64,000 bases of DNA from Octopus sinensis (GCF_006345805.1 NC_043011.1:52340464-52404463), one strand, 5' to 3'. Positions 12,511 to 26,515 are shown, counted from the stretch's first letter. A program made the numbers and translations. Notes: generated from the letters alone by a model not told the origin.

Positions 12511-13256
12511 TATGATAAGTTCATTACTATCATAAATAATACTAAGGTGGCAAACTGACGGAATTGTTAGCCTGCAAGGCACAATGTTTAGCGGCGTTTC
12601 ATCCATCTTTACGTTCTGAGTTCAAATCCTGCCAAGATCAACTTTGCCTTTCATCCTTCTGGGGTTGATGAAATAAGTACCAGCTGAGCACTGGGGTTGA
12701 TGTAATCAACTTTCCCCCTCCCTCAAAACTGTTGGCCTTGTGCCAAAATTCAAAACCACTATTATAATTAACAGTATGCTTTTACTACTGAAAGGGATTT
12801 TTTTAACCCAACATTCTACATGCTATTATTTATAGCTTTATCTACTTCGAGATCCACCATTAAAAAGGAATTATTTGTTGGTTTTATTTGATATTGTATA
12901 TAGTTTTTGAATTTAAATGTGTTTTTGTTTTTGTTTTTACTTATATGTATGTTTGTATATGTGTTAATGTGGTACGTAAAAGTGTGCCTTTTACCTCACC
13001 AAAATCTAGAAGTATAAGTACTGAGCAGATTCAATGGATCATTTTCACTGGATAAATTCATATGACTCTATCCCAGTACTGCTGGACATCTTTTATCTGC
13101 TACTCATATATTTATGGTTCTAAGTACTGTATGTCCATGAGAGATATTATCTACTGGTGAATACCACAGTTAATTTGCCTTCATGTGATGTATTTGCATT
13201 AAGTATAATATGCAGATAGCTATTTTATTCTACTACTGCTTCTGTTGCATATAATA

Positions 13257-13287
<31 letters not shown>

Positions 13288-13775
13288 GAGTGAGAGAGCA
13301 GTGCATGCCATCAAAGTGACCCTGGGGTAAAATATACGAAGCCCAGTATACCTATTATGACTACCCGTCTGAGAAGGGTACACTAGGCACATGCATCACA
13401 ACCATATGTGTGTGACATGGTGATCTCATATCAAGATAAACAGCACATGACCTTGCAGGTGGGGCCCAGTTAGAATTTTCGTCAGGTCGGGTACCCCATC
13501 CCACTCAAAAGGTCCCTGAATAAGGTTGGTTTAAGGATGTTGAACGAAACACCCATGTTTTCAGAGGTGAATTATTCAAACCCCAAAGAATCCCTCTCAA
13601 CACATGGCTATAATGCTCCCCCACTACTTCTGCTTGTGACCAGAGATGCACTATCATCAGCCACTAAGGGACATGCTCAACTGGTTACGGTCAAACAACT
13701 GACAAGTAAACCTGTGGTATTGAGCAGAATATTTGCTGTAGCCCATCTTTTATACCAAGACAAAACAATGTACAT
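13288..13775 (-). mobile_element. 3'UTR-type fragment of a non-LTR element with an (AAT)n tail; second partial copy at 14326-14535
   Basis: Two near-identical copies, each starting at (TTA)n-gagtgagagagcagtgcatgcc. Both sit in ATT microsatellites, which suggests microsatellite targeting. Confidence 0.65.
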
Positions 13776-14741
13776 GATGCTCCCCCACTACTTCTGCTTG
13801 TGATTATTTGTTATTATTAAGATGGCAAGCTGGCAGAATTGTTAGCATGCCAGACAAAATACTTAGCAGTATTTCATGTCTTTACAATCTAGGATCAACT
13901 TTGCCTTTCGTCCTTTTGAGGTTGATAGATTAAGCACCTTTCATCTTTTCAGGGTCAATGAAATAACTACACTGGAGTTGTTGTAATCAACTATCCCCCT
14001 CCCCCAAAATTTCAGACCTTGAGCCTTTTGTAGAAAGGATTATTATTATTATTACTATTATTATTATTATTAAGGAGAAAAGCATACTGAATGTTTAGCT
14101 GCATTTCGTCCCTCTTTACGTTCTGAGTTCAAATCCTGCCAAGATCAACTTTGCCTTTCATCCTTTCGGGGTCAATTAAAATAAGTACCAGTTGAGTACT
14201 GGGGTCGATGTAATTGACTAACACTCTCTACCAAACTTGCTGTCCTTGGGCCAAAATTTGAAATCATCATCATTATTATTACTATTATTATTATTATTAT
14301 TATTATCATTATTATTATTATTATTGAGTGAGAGAGCAGTGCATGCCATCAAAGTGACACTGGGGTAAAATATACGAAGCCCAGTATACCTATCATGACT
14401 ACCTGTCTGATAAGGGTACACTAGGCACATGCATCACAACTATATGTGCGCGACATGGTGATCTCATAACAAGATAAACAGCGCATGACCTTGTGGGTGG
14501 GGCCCAGTTAGAATTTTCTTCTGGTTGGGTAACCCTATTATTATTATTATTATCATTATTATTATTATTGATTCTCAGTGGTACAAGGCCTTGAGTTCTT
14601 TATTTTAACAGTGGTTTACTAATGAATAAACTAACACTTTAGTATGTGTTTGCATGTGAGTGATTTAAACCAAAATGAGCAAAGAGAAATAACTCAGATT
14701 GGCCAGTGGCATGTAGTTGAATGTGGCAGACAAATACAAGT

Positions 14742-15104
14742 GTATATTAGTTACAATTGACAGATATTTGTCCTCATCTCGTTTGTTGTTAACATAACGT
14801 TTCAGCTGATATACCCTCCAGCCTTCATCAGGTGTCTTGGGGAAATTTCGAACCCGGGTTTTCATTCCTAAGGGCATATGGCATAGTGGTTAAGAGCGTG
14901 GGCTATTAACCCCAAGATTCTGAGTTCAATTTCAGGCAGTGACCTGAATAATAATAATAATATCGAAAAAAACCTTAGGAATGAGAACCCATGTTCAAAA
15001 TTTCCCCAAGACACCTGATGAAGGCTGGAGGGTATACCAGCCGAAACATTGTGTTAACAACAAACAAGATGAGGACAAATATCCATCAATTGTAAATAAT
15101 GTAC
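14742..15104 (+). mobile_element. tRNA-headed SINE-like unit with a hammerhead-bearing 3' tail and an inverted copy of that tail on its 5' side
   Basis: 132-bp inverted arms (14742-14873 and 14973-15104). Centre has A box TGGCATAGTGG, B box GAGTTCAATT and an (AAT)n/A-run linker. Confidence 0.8.
15010..15055 (+). ncRNA. Minimal type I hammerhead ribozyme motif (antisense twin at 14791-14836)
   Basis: gacac-CTGATGA-A-ggctgg(agggtata)ccagcc-GAAAC(A/G)TT-gtgtt; stem I gacac/gtgtt, 6-bp stem II. Confidence 0.8.
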
Positions 15105-16164
15105 ATAATTCCTCATCTCTTAAATATAGAACTGTAAATACAAGTAAGTATATCAAATACTAGACAACATAAATTTTTGATTTATTAAAATTACCTCCAC
15201 CTATGTGTGTCTGTGTGTGTTTGTATATATGTGGCAATATGAATACCCATTGATGTACAGAAAACTCGAGAAACAATACTCAATACAGGAAGTAGAGTAT
15301 ATTATTTCCTTATTAAGAGCTGAAACTGTCTCATTACAGCAGTCAAGAAGATACCAGTCGACTAAAGAAACCCAAATCTATCAGCTCAACTTCGTCCACA
15401 TCCAGTTGTAACGGGTAACTATTTGAGTTATTGCCTCTATTTCTTTTTTCTTTTACTTGTTTCAGCCATTTGATTATGGCCATGTTGGAGCACCACCTTG
15501 GAGACTCTTTTAAGCAAATGAATCAACCCCAGTACTTATTTCTTTTTAAGCCTATTATTTATTCTATCAGTCTCTTTTGCCAAACCACTAAGTTACAGTG
15601 ACCTTAGCACATCAGCACTGGCTGTCAAGCACATACACACACACACATATACATACATATATGACTGGTTTCTTTCAGTTTCCATCTGTTAAATCCATTC
15701 ACAAGGCTTTGGTCAACCCTGAGACTATAGTAGAAGACACTTGCCCAAGGTGCCACACAGTGGGACTGAACACAGAACCATGTGGTTGAAAAGCAAGCTT
15801 CTTACCACACAGCCATGCCTGTTTATTTATTTTTATTGATAATGAGAATTTTCTTGTGTGTTATTACTGAATTCCATGAGTCACTAGGAGTTAGTTTGAA
15901 CCATGCCATCACAGAGACTTTTTCTCTGAGCACTGATTGAATTTGATCACTTGGTTACATCAACATCATATTTGATTAAAGATTTAAAATCCAAAACAGC
16001 ACACCCAGTAACAAGGGTCAATCAACAGTTACTTGCCATGAAGGTTATTTTATTTTAAATCTAGCACTCTAAGACTCAGCCGGTGTTTATTTTTTTGTAT
16101 ATTAATGTAGACTTCCTTCTGTCTATTTATCTACCCAACCACCTATCTACATCTTCACTATCTA

Positions 16165-16410
<246 letters not shown>

Positions 16411-17022
16411 TCCCCCCCTCCTTTCAGGGCAGCAAGCTAGCAGAATTGTTACCATGCAAGGCAAAAATGCTTCATCCATCTTTACATTCTGAGTTCAAAT
16501 GATGCTGAGACTGATTTGCCTTTCATTTGATAAAATAAATACCACTTGTGCCAAAATTTGACACTAATGTTTCTATCCGTTTGTCTATTTATTGATATAT
16601 CTGTCTATCAATATTTTTTTCTCTCTACTCTGCCAATGCAGTCAATTCTTGAAACCTCCAACAACAACAAAAAAACTGATATTACGACGAAGATCATTCA
16701 ACTACATTGATGTTATTGACCAAGACACATAATGTGAAACTGAGGCCCTATCAAAGATAACAATGAACAGAGGTTCCTGGTGCTGCATAGTAAAATGCAT
16801 CCTCACTTTGTAGTTGTGTAAAATAGAAGTTGAACATTGATTTGGACTAAATAAATACACATAGACATATCCATATGTATTTTATCATTGTGAAATTCAG
16901 CCCAATGAGATAATTTTCAGCAGTCTGGAATGTAGATTAATCCAATAAATAGTGTTCTGAATTCACAACTCATCAGGATTTATTTGTTGTTTGGAGAGGT
17001 AGATAAAGTGGTGCTATGTATA

Positions 17023-17437
17023 TATTTCTTTACTGCCCACAAGGGGCTAAACATAGAGGGGACAAACAAGGACAGACAAAGGGATTAAATCGATTACATC
17101 AACTCCAGTGCGAAACTGGTACTTTATTTATCGACCCCGAAAGGATGAAAGGCAAAGTCGACCTCGGCGGAATTTGAACTCAGAACGTAATGACAGACGA
17201 AATACCTATTTCCTTACTACCCACAAGGGGCTAAACATAGAGGGAACAAACAAGGACAGACATAGGTATTAAGTCGATTATATTGACCCCAGTGCGAAAC
17301 TGGTACTTTATTTATCGACCCCGAAAGGATGAAAGGCAAAGTCGACCTCGGCGGAATTTGAACTCAGAACATAACGACAGACGAAATACCGCTAAGCATT
17401 TCACCTGGCGCACTAATGTTTCTGCCAGCTCCTCGCC
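17023..17437 (-). mobile_element. Head-to-tail tandem of two family-1 SINEs (one full, one 5'-truncated)
   Basis: The tatttc(c/t)ttact(a/g)cccacaagggg... block occurs twice (17023 and ~17206). Confidence 0.85.
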
Positions 17438-17827
17438 TTATAGTGGTGCCACGTATAGACACAGGGAATGGTCAAATGAGGAGTGTAGATGTTAGTAGAA
17501 TGGATAGAAACAGAGTGTAAATTTTAGAGGAATTGATAGATACAAGATGTAGGTGTTGATTCTATAGATGAAGTGTATTGATGTTAATTAGATAGACAAA
17601 CATACCTTATCGACCAATGAATGAAGGAGCTGTAAATGTTCACTAAATTGCCATCACCTGGACAAAGACTGTGTTGGCTTCTGTTAACTTCTCTCATGAG
17701 AACTGTGGTGTCCCAGGAAGAGGGTTACATGTTCCTAGATTTATACCTTGCCTATTATATCTACCATACCATTATATATTGCTATAAATGATCAAGGGAA
17801 ACTCATGTCTTTATTATCTCCTTTCAG

Positions 17828-17903
17828 TTTTGAAACAGGAACTGACCAGAAAAAAACAAATGAAGTTTTTGTGACAAATTCAAAAATATCAAAAATTCCT
17901 CAG
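17828..17903 (+). CDS. Internal exon E of the same gene (contains SKIP)
   Basis: Acceptor tctcctttcag|T and donor CAG|gtaaaa. (S)FETGTDQKK...SKISKIPQ; phase 2 in, phase 0 out. Confidence 0.78.
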
Positions 17904-18761
17904 GTAAAATCATTTCACTTTTGTTTTTTAGACACTTCTTGAAGGAAATAATCTGGGGATGTTTACACAACTATGTTTGCGTTAGTGTGTGCAATGCACA
18001 TGTGCACACATACGCATGCACTCACACATGCATACAAAGATGTGTAAACATTTCACAGACAGAAGAGAAGTTTACATAAACCAGATGCAACTATTCCGGT
18101 TGGTAACATTTACATGTTATTCAGCCTAACAAAATCCCTTGTCCTGTTTTATGAGGGAGAAACCTTTTGATGACAGCTGCTAAGAGTTTTCAAACACTTC
18201 CAAAATTTAGTCTGTTTCAGATATCTCAAGGGTGACTATAAACAGTAAATGCTATCTGGGTATGCCACTTCCCTTATTCTTATTAGTAGTAGGTAACTTA
18301 CATATTGAAAACTGTTAGGCTGGAATTTTAAAAAAAATTTTTTACGAGGGACTCATCAATGGTGGTGAGTCTATAACGGGTGGGATGCTGTGTTTAGTTC
18401 CAAGGCAGAATTTACAAGTACTGAGAAAAATATAAAATCTTTAATTTTACAAATTTGTAAGGCTTTTTTTTTATCTTTAACATGTTTCAGTCATTAGACT
18501 GTGGCCATGTTGGAGCACTGCTTTGAAGGGTTTTAGTCAAACAAATTGACCCCAGTACTGATTTTTTTAAAGTCTACTACTTATTCTATTTATCTTATTC
18601 ACTAAACTGCTAAGATATGCGGACACAAACAAACCAACACTAGTTATCAAGCAACGGTGGAGACACACACATACAGATATTCTTTCAGTTTCCATTTACC
18701 AGATCCATTCACAAATCTTTGGTTGGCTTGGGGTTATAGTTGAAGATACTTGCCCTAGGTT

Positions 18762-19039
18762 CCTTGCAGTGGAGCTGAATCATGTGGTTGGTGACTTTTT
18801 ACCACACAGCCGTGCTTACACCTTTCTGGTCCCTTGCAGTGGAGCTGAATCATGTGGTTGGTGACTTTTTACCACACAGCCGTGCTTACACCTTTCTGGT
18901 CCCTTGCAGTGGAGCTGAATCATGTGGTTGGTGACTTTTTACCACACAGCCGTGCTTACACCTTTCTGGTCCCTTGCAGTGGAGCTGAATCATGTGGTTG
19001 GTGACTTTTTACCACACAGCCGTGCTTACACCTTTCTGG
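18762..19039. repeat. Four identical 70-bp tandem units derived from a family-2 SINE head plus flank
   Basis: ccttgcagtggagctgaatc... starts at 18762, 18832, 18902 and 18972. Confidence 0.95.
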
Positions 19040-19119
19040 CCTTTCTCATTCTGATTCAATCCTGCCAAAGTCAGCTTTCGTTCTCCTAGGATTGATACAA
19101 GAGTCAGCTGAGAAGTTCA

Positions 19120-19880
19120 TAGGTTGACCAAAATACTCTCATGAAATATGACCAAATGAAATTTATTTTTCAACATAGTCCCCCTTGCAGTCCACACATT
19201 TCTTCCATCAGTGTTACAGTGCTTGGATCCCATTGGTGAAGAAGCTTTCATCTTGTTGGTCAAAAACATCATCAACAGCAGATATGACGTCATCATTCCT
19301 TCTTCTCAAGCCACGCCTGGCTCACAGGGCTAGTTTCCCAGTTTCCTTGGCGTATAGGTTCCCCACCTGGACGGGATGCCGGTCCGTCGAAGGTGAGCTG
19401 CAAGATGCAGGAGGAAAGAGTGAGACAAAGTTGTGGCGAAAGAGTCAGCAGAAGTTCACCATTACCTTCTGCCGGAGCCGTGTGAAGCTTAGGTGTTTCG
19501 CTCATAAACACACACATCACCCGGTCTGAGATTCGAACCCGCGATCCCTCAACCTTGAGTCTGCTGCTCTAACCACTAGGCCATGTGCCTCCATTTCATC
19601 ATTGTTGCAATACTGGTTTCTAGCCAAGTGGGGTTTTTTCATATTGGGGAATAAATGAGAGTCAGGGAGGGTGATCAACCAGTTCAAAGCAACAGTTTAT
19701 GCACAAAACCAGCAAAACCAAAGACATGTGTGCTGGAGAATTATCCTGATAAAACAAGACTGCTTTCTTCAGTTTTCCTGTGTGTTTAGCCTTGATAGCC
19801 TGTCTCAACATTGCAATGTCACTGTCCTACAAGCTGTGTCATTTGTTTCTAATTTTCCATGGAAACATGTCCAGCCATTA
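19120..19880 (-). mobile_element. Mariner (DD34D-type) transposase 3' relic interrupted by a tRNA-SINE (~19300-19592)
   Basis: VLFYQDNSPAH, a degenerate HPPYSP region, and DDVISAVDD...WKKCVDCKGDYVEK-stop. Confidence 0.8.
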
Positions 19881-20100
19881 TCTATTTCGAAGCAGTAGGA
19901 TGGTTGGTCCCAGGAAGTGCATCTAGCTGTAGAAATTTGCCTCAACGAATTCCATCTGGCTTATGCAAGTCTGGAAAAGTGAACATTGAAATGATAATGA
20001 CGATGCCAGAGAAATAATTAACCCATTACAGGTTATAATTCAAGTACAAATATTATTTATAAATTTTTATATTTACTTAGTTCCTTTGATTGTATTTCTC

Positions 20101-20400
20101 CTAGCACCATCCGATCGTGGCCGTTGCCAGCCTCGCCTGGCCCCCGTGCCGGTGGCACATAAAAAGCACCATCCGTCCATGGCCGTTTGCCAGCTCCGTC
20201 TGGCACCTGTGCAGGTGGCACGTAAAAAGCACCCACTACACTCACGGAGTGGTTGGCGTTAGGAAGGGCATCCAGCCGTAGAAACACTGCCAGATCAGAC
20301 TGGGCCTGATGCAGCCTTCTGGCTTCACAGACCCCAGTTGAACCGTCCAACCCATGCTAGCATGGAAAGCGGACGCTAAATGATGATGATGATGATGATG
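20101..20400 (+). mobile_element. SINE family 3 with an RTE-type 3' end, (GAT)n tail and variable internal ~57-bp repeats
   Basis: ggcgttaggaagggcatccagccgtagaaac...aaacgatgatgat. Other copies at 1-92, 11603-11773 (+) and 27052-27333, 29912-30130, 38641-38990 (-). Confidence 0.85.
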
Positions 20401-21402
20401 AAAAGAAACACAAAAGTCTTTATAGTGTTATTTATATTAGATTTAAAAGCTCTGTTCCAAAAATGAGACACTGACTATTAATGGGTTAATGAGTTGGAAG
20501 TGAAGGCCAGCTTTTAGACCTAGCTGCATCTGTCCACAGTTGTTGTTGCTTAGACCTGTGAACAAAGGCATCACATCTGTGACAATACCTTCTTTAATAG
20601 AGGAGCATATATATATATATATATATATACAGAGTTCAGACTTGGGGAGAGATGGGCTCTGCCTAGTTTAGAACAAATAAGACCCACCATATTCCACAAT
20701 CACAACACCTTCAAGAGTTAACACACATATGTATGTATATATATATATGCACTCACACACACACTTTATTTAATCCCCTCATAGTCTGCCATAATCTACT
20801 TTGGTCCATAATTATCTACTGGGTTTCACAGCATTGAGCAGATGAGTGACATATCTCCAGGAGAGGTGGTCAGTCTGTTATTGATAAGTTTTCACATGGG
20901 CAGAAAATAAACTCAGAACTCCGAGCTGACAAATTTAACAGCAGTTTCACTGTGCTGCCACTGCTTCCTGTACTGTTCTTGTTTAGCCCCAGGTCAGTCC
21001 CAATCCAACATATCTAATGATCAAATAGCCGTGACCGTCCCATTATTCTGTATATCTAGGAATGCATTTTATGTTGTATTTCTTTTTTTCTGAAGTAAGG
21101 GTTTGATTTGAGGGAGAGTTGGCTGTTTATCTTAGCTGGTTGAGCTACTGTAGCATAGAGGTTCTCTTGGGTTAACCTTCGTAAACCTACTTAGCCCCCA
21201 TAGGTAAACAATCCAAGTAAATTATTGGTTTTTAGAGAAGTTGTCATGTATTGAGGTAAGAAATAAATATTTCACTGCTTTCTTGTGCTTTTGTGTTTCC
21301 ACAATCTTTTAAATTCTTTTATTATTTTTAATGTTGTTGTTGTTGTTTTTGTTGTTGCTTTCTCTTTGAAATAAAACAGTTATTTCTCTTGTGCTTTCAC
21401 AG

Positions 21403-22413
21403 CGGGATTCAGCAAGAACAAGGGTCTTGCTGTCTTCTGAAAAGGGGAAACCTCAACTACAGGAGGATCCGTCAAGACACAAGGACACAGCAGGGAAATT
21501 ATCTTTCCCACCCAGCAGTCCCAACATCCCTAACAATAATTTCGACAGGGCTTCCATTTCCTCAAAGCCCCCTTCAGCTGAGATACTTATTAATTTCTCC
21601 CCAAATAGCAAGAATGGCAATGTGGATGAACCTCAGCCTACAGGAAGGAATCCATTCCGTTCTGGGAATTCTCAAATCCCTTCTCCATTGCAGAAGTCTC
21701 CTCCTTCCCAGATTCCTTCAGCACAGGTGACAGTCAATAAAGCTGGTCAACAAAATATTGCCAAAAACCACTCTCAGATCCGTGTGCCATCACAGATCCC
21801 ATCTCTGCCACAAAATATGTCACCCACCCAGATCCCTACGCTCTCACAAAATTTGCCCCCAAGCAATATCCCTACTCCATCACAGAGCTCCCCTCCCTCT
21901 CAAATCCCTTCTCTTTCACAAAATTCCCCTCCTTCTCTGATCCCTGCACCATCACAAAGCTCCTCTTCTACTCAAATCCCTGCATTTTCTCAGATACCCT
22001 CTCCCACATCAAATTCCAAAAATCCCTTTTACAATTCCAAAAACAGGGCTACAAACCCTTTTGCTAATGAAGACAACCAGAAAAGTCTTCCAAGATCTAA
22101 GAATCCGTTCGTCAGTCTGGCAAATGAGGAATCACAAAAGTCTAAGCTACCAGTTCTGAACACAACCAAACCTCAAGACCTTAATATTTCGGATAACCCT
22201 TCTCCTAAGAATTCTGACATGAATAGCCCAATAACAGCTGAACTTGATTCTATTGTCGCCACCCTTACCACTGCTGGAGACAACAAGATGATGCCACCAC
22301 CATCATCTTCCTCATCGGAGCCACAGAAAACTTCTGTTCACTCATCCGAGAGTTCTTCCGCTCCTCCCCCTGTCAGTCGAATCGCCAAGCCTGCCAGTGA
22401 TGTGGTTATCCAT
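21403..22413 (+). CDS. Large exon F: four NPF motifs and a 12-aa SQIP repeat array
   Basis: 1011-nt open frame; acceptor ctttcacag|CGG and donor CAT|gtaagt; phase 0/0. NPF at 21649, 22021, 22054 and 22102. Confidence 0.88.
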
Positions 22414-24280
22414 GTAAGTTTCCTCATATCCATTCAGGTTGTCAAGTCTTTTCCAAACTGCTATGTTCATTTTCCACCCCCCTCAACTTCCTTCTTTTCC
22501 TTTCCTTATTCATTTGTACACTTCCTTGTCTTACCATTTTGTAGCATGGTTCTTCTAATGATAACATATAGCACTATTTCACTCTTGTTCCAATTGTCTA
22601 TTTCTAACTAACATGTCTCCAATTAAAACTAGCTGTAGCCTCCCTGTGCTGGTTATCTCCTTCCCTAATATTTATTAACCTATTAAACAATTTACTCATC
22701 CAATGCCTGTGCATCTTGCTCTCTTTTCAACATTCTCACCCTCTTAATTAAACATCTGCTAATTTGCTCTACATAATGTTGTCTATGTCGTTATTGTTGT
22801 TGATATTGTTTAGCTCCAGTCAAACCCACACCAAGCAGACTTCTGGTCAAAAGCATCCCAACCATAACCTTCAAATTCTTTTGGTGGTGAGGGTGTTATT
22901 TAGGACTAATGTGTGGTCTTGCTTTCTTTTTTTTTAAGATGATGGGATGTGATTTAAGAGAGATTTGGCTGCTATCTAGCAGATCCAACAATCACAAAGA
23001 GGTTTTCATCTTTGGCTCTCCTGTTGCTTGTTGACTTTTTCCTTCTTGGAGGCATCTAACAAATTTGATTTGTTACATAGCTGACAAGGAGGAGAGAGAG
23101 AGAGAGAGAGATTTTTAGAACTGGAATGTTGTAGTACTGGAATGCATTAATGTATTGTTATGACACTGTTGTTGTGCTGCTGTAATGTGTTGTTGTGTTG
23201 GAATGTTTCGTTATTAATGTAGTACTGTATTGTGAGATGAATGAATTAAACCTTTGCATTCATAACATTTGTGTGGGGGATAACATGACAAAAAAAAAAC
23301 TTGAAAATCAGATTAGCAAGATAATTAGAAACTCCTGTTCAGAATAGAAACAAAAATGTTAAAATAGCAAAAAACATAACAGAGAAGAGAAATCCCATAC
23401 TGGTGGTGTTTAAGAAACTTCCTGTAATAGACAACAGAACCGTTGAAAAACCATTGTGGAAAGTTGGGGTAATCAAAGAGCTATTTATTTGTAATATTAA
23501 AGCAATAAACACCCTGACTTTGGTATAAATGTGGTAGGGTATCTCTTTCGGGTGTGAGGGTAACCCTTTTGATACCAACTCACCCATGACCACCTCTGCT
23601 TCTATAATTCAAATTCAATTTGCTAAAGTGATCTGAATTAAAATCTTTCATTAAAATTCCATGTTATTTTATGTTCTAAACATGAGGTTAATCCTTTTGA
23701 TACTAATCTGCCTGAGACACACACATACACATGAGAGGCTTCTTTCAGTTTTCCTCTACCAAATCCACTCACAAGGCTTTTCCTCAGTTTACAACCAAGT
23801 TCCATTCTGACTGACCAGTCATAAGTCAATCTGGTCGTAAGTCACATTAGTCATAAGTCGAGGAGAAGGTGTAACTGAAACAAAGGCAGTGTAGTTCAAC
23901 AGAAATATGATAACAAAAGATTGAATATCCTTATATCTGATATATGATAATTAGAAATATTGAATTTCTAAATGTCTCAAAGAGACATGAGCGGTGGTGG
24001 AGCGATAGAGTGGTTGTATAATGTCAACATAACGTGACAATCCCGTAAAGGGATCCGTCTGTTATAGGGTGCTGTGGAAATTAGGAACATTAAAAGCATA
24101 CATTTGGTTAAAAAAAGCTTCAGAGTTCAAACCCAGTTAAAGGATATGGCATTTGTTTAGACATAGGGCATGTGAGAAGAGAGAATTTAAGGAACAAATA
24201 TGGGGGAATAGAAATATAATAGATGAAGTTAATATTTTGGAAAATGTTAAATATTTCTGTTTACTGATGCTCAAGGAATG

Positions 24281-24310
<30 letters not shown>

Positions 24311-24311
<1 letters not shown>

Positions 24312-24688
24312 ATATATTATATAAAATCCGTTCTGTCTGTCTGTGTGTGTGGCTTCTCGGATCTCGGGCATCCTGCATCCGATTGCGCTCAAATTTGATA
24401 TGTAGATACGACGCAATCAGGGCGTGTATAAGTCTTGAAAACATTACAAAAATCAATTACAGGTGAGAAATGCGATCGATAAAGCTGTGGGAAATCGTTT
24501 TTCTTTGGAATAGAAAAAAGTCTATCTTTATTTCTTCTTTTGCTGGTGTCTCAAATTTAGGTTAAATCAGTGTTTCTCAAAGGGGAGGCCTATGGGACGG
24601 CCGGACAAGTTGTTTTGAGAAAATTTGGTTTAAATGCTTGACAACTCAGCACCGTCCATTGGACCGGGGGTGGGGGACGTTTTGCTTG
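24311..24688 (+). mobile_element. Degenerate non-autonomous Helitron-like element
   Basis: TATATAAAA...(CTGT)n 5' part, subterminal hairpin ccgtccattggaccgg, CTTG|T end (degenerate CTAG|T). Confidence 0.5.
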
Positions 24689-24724
<36 letters not shown>

Positions 24725-26414
24725 TACATACATACATATATATATATATTATTGGATGAATGCATGTTCGTCTTTTAATTGGAATTTTTTCCTGAGATTT
24801 CTAATGTCTTTTCTTCATCCTTTACATTCGAATTTTTTAAAAAGTCATATAGATATGAAAGCTTGTATTGAAATAATGTGTTGCTTGTCTGTCACAGTTA
24901 ACATTGGCAACTATGTAAACCGAATTACAATAACCTTTTGCAATATGCAACAGAACATCTACAGCAGGACTGAACTCAAGGTCATTGGATTGGTTGTCCA
25001 CTACCTTATCCACTCAGCCACTTCATGTTTACCCATAGTGATATAACAAAGTCTCTAACCAATAAACTATATATTTTCCTTCTTTTGGTCATAGATGTTA
25101 TGCATTGTTTTGTTGTTTAACTCCAAAGAGGCCTGATAGGTTAAACCTATGATCAAAGACATCCCAGCTATGACTATCCGGTCTTAAGGTGTGATTTGTG
25201 TAATGCTCAGCTCCCATCATGGTTCATAGAAGTTGTTGTTTAGCCCCAAGCTCAATCCTGACTGAGCAGACCTATGATCAATGACATTCCATTGGTGACC
25301 ATCCTATCTTTTTAAGGTGTATCTAGGACTAGATTATAGAACGTGCCTTTTCTTTATAAGGGGAAAAGATATAATTTGTGAGATATTTGGCTTCTATTTC
25401 AAGTAGTTTGAGTAATCTTGCTGAGGATCCTTAATTGACTTATAAATGTTATACAAATCATGATGGTTGCTAATGGTATTATTTAACCCTGGGTCAGGCC
25501 TGAGTAAGCAGACCTATAATTAAAAACATTCCAGCCACAATCATCTCTGTCTTTTTTCTGGCTTTGTGTACCTTACTCTTCTTTTTGTTTTAAGGGTATG
25601 ATTTGGAGTAGGTTTGGCTGCTATTTCTAGCTGATTGCGCTACTATGTAGCGCCTCCCTTATTAGCTCATATATACCATGGGAAAAGGGCGTGGGAAGTA
25701 ACTAGAGAGTTAGAGAAGTAGACAGACAGACAGAGAGCCACACAGGTATATGGACAGACAGACAGACACACACACACAGATAAAAAAAAAGGGGGGGGGC
25801 TATGCACTGGAAAGTATGGAAGTATGATTACCTTTGAACAAAAGGTGATGGGGGGGGCAGGGCTGTGTGGTCACATGATCACTTTTACACTTCCCCCCAT
25901 CCACCCCCACTCTTTTACTATTATTACCACATTCCACATTGGACATCAAAATAATCTTCAAATCATTAATCCATTATTAAACCTGGATGGATCTCTAACG
26001 AGGAAATTTGCATGCTTGATTAATTTTATTATGCTGTTGTTGCTTGTTTGTTTGTTATTGTTTTTATATCTTTGCTTGTTAACCCATTCTCTGCCTGTTT
26101 GAAACTTTGTCTTTTGTTTTGGCTTATTTTTTTTATTTTTGTTTTCCCTTTTTGTGACTGTTTTTTTTAATTTATTTATATCTTTGCTTTAGCAATATTT
26201 TTTATATTTTGCTTTCTTTTAAAAAATATTTTGGGGATTATTTTTTAATTCCACAGTTTCTAATGTCTTAAAAAATCCTTTAGTTATCAAGTAAGTAATT
26301 GTATCAACTTATTAATTTAGAATTGCTTAACATAAATTAATTTGAATATATAATATGATTAATTGATGTGGATCCCTGATCACAGATAATTCTGTGAACA
26401 GGGCAGTCACTTGT

Positions 26415-26515
26415 TTTATATATATATAATATATATACACACACACATACATATATGTATGTGTATATATATATCTATATATATATATATATATACACAC
26501 ACACATACATATATG

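Noticed and set aside
14873-14944. tRNA gene (also the SINE heads at 3660-3729 and 19520-19592)
   Set aside because: A/B boxes are present but there is no complete acceptor stem or cloverleaf, and each continues into a repeat body.
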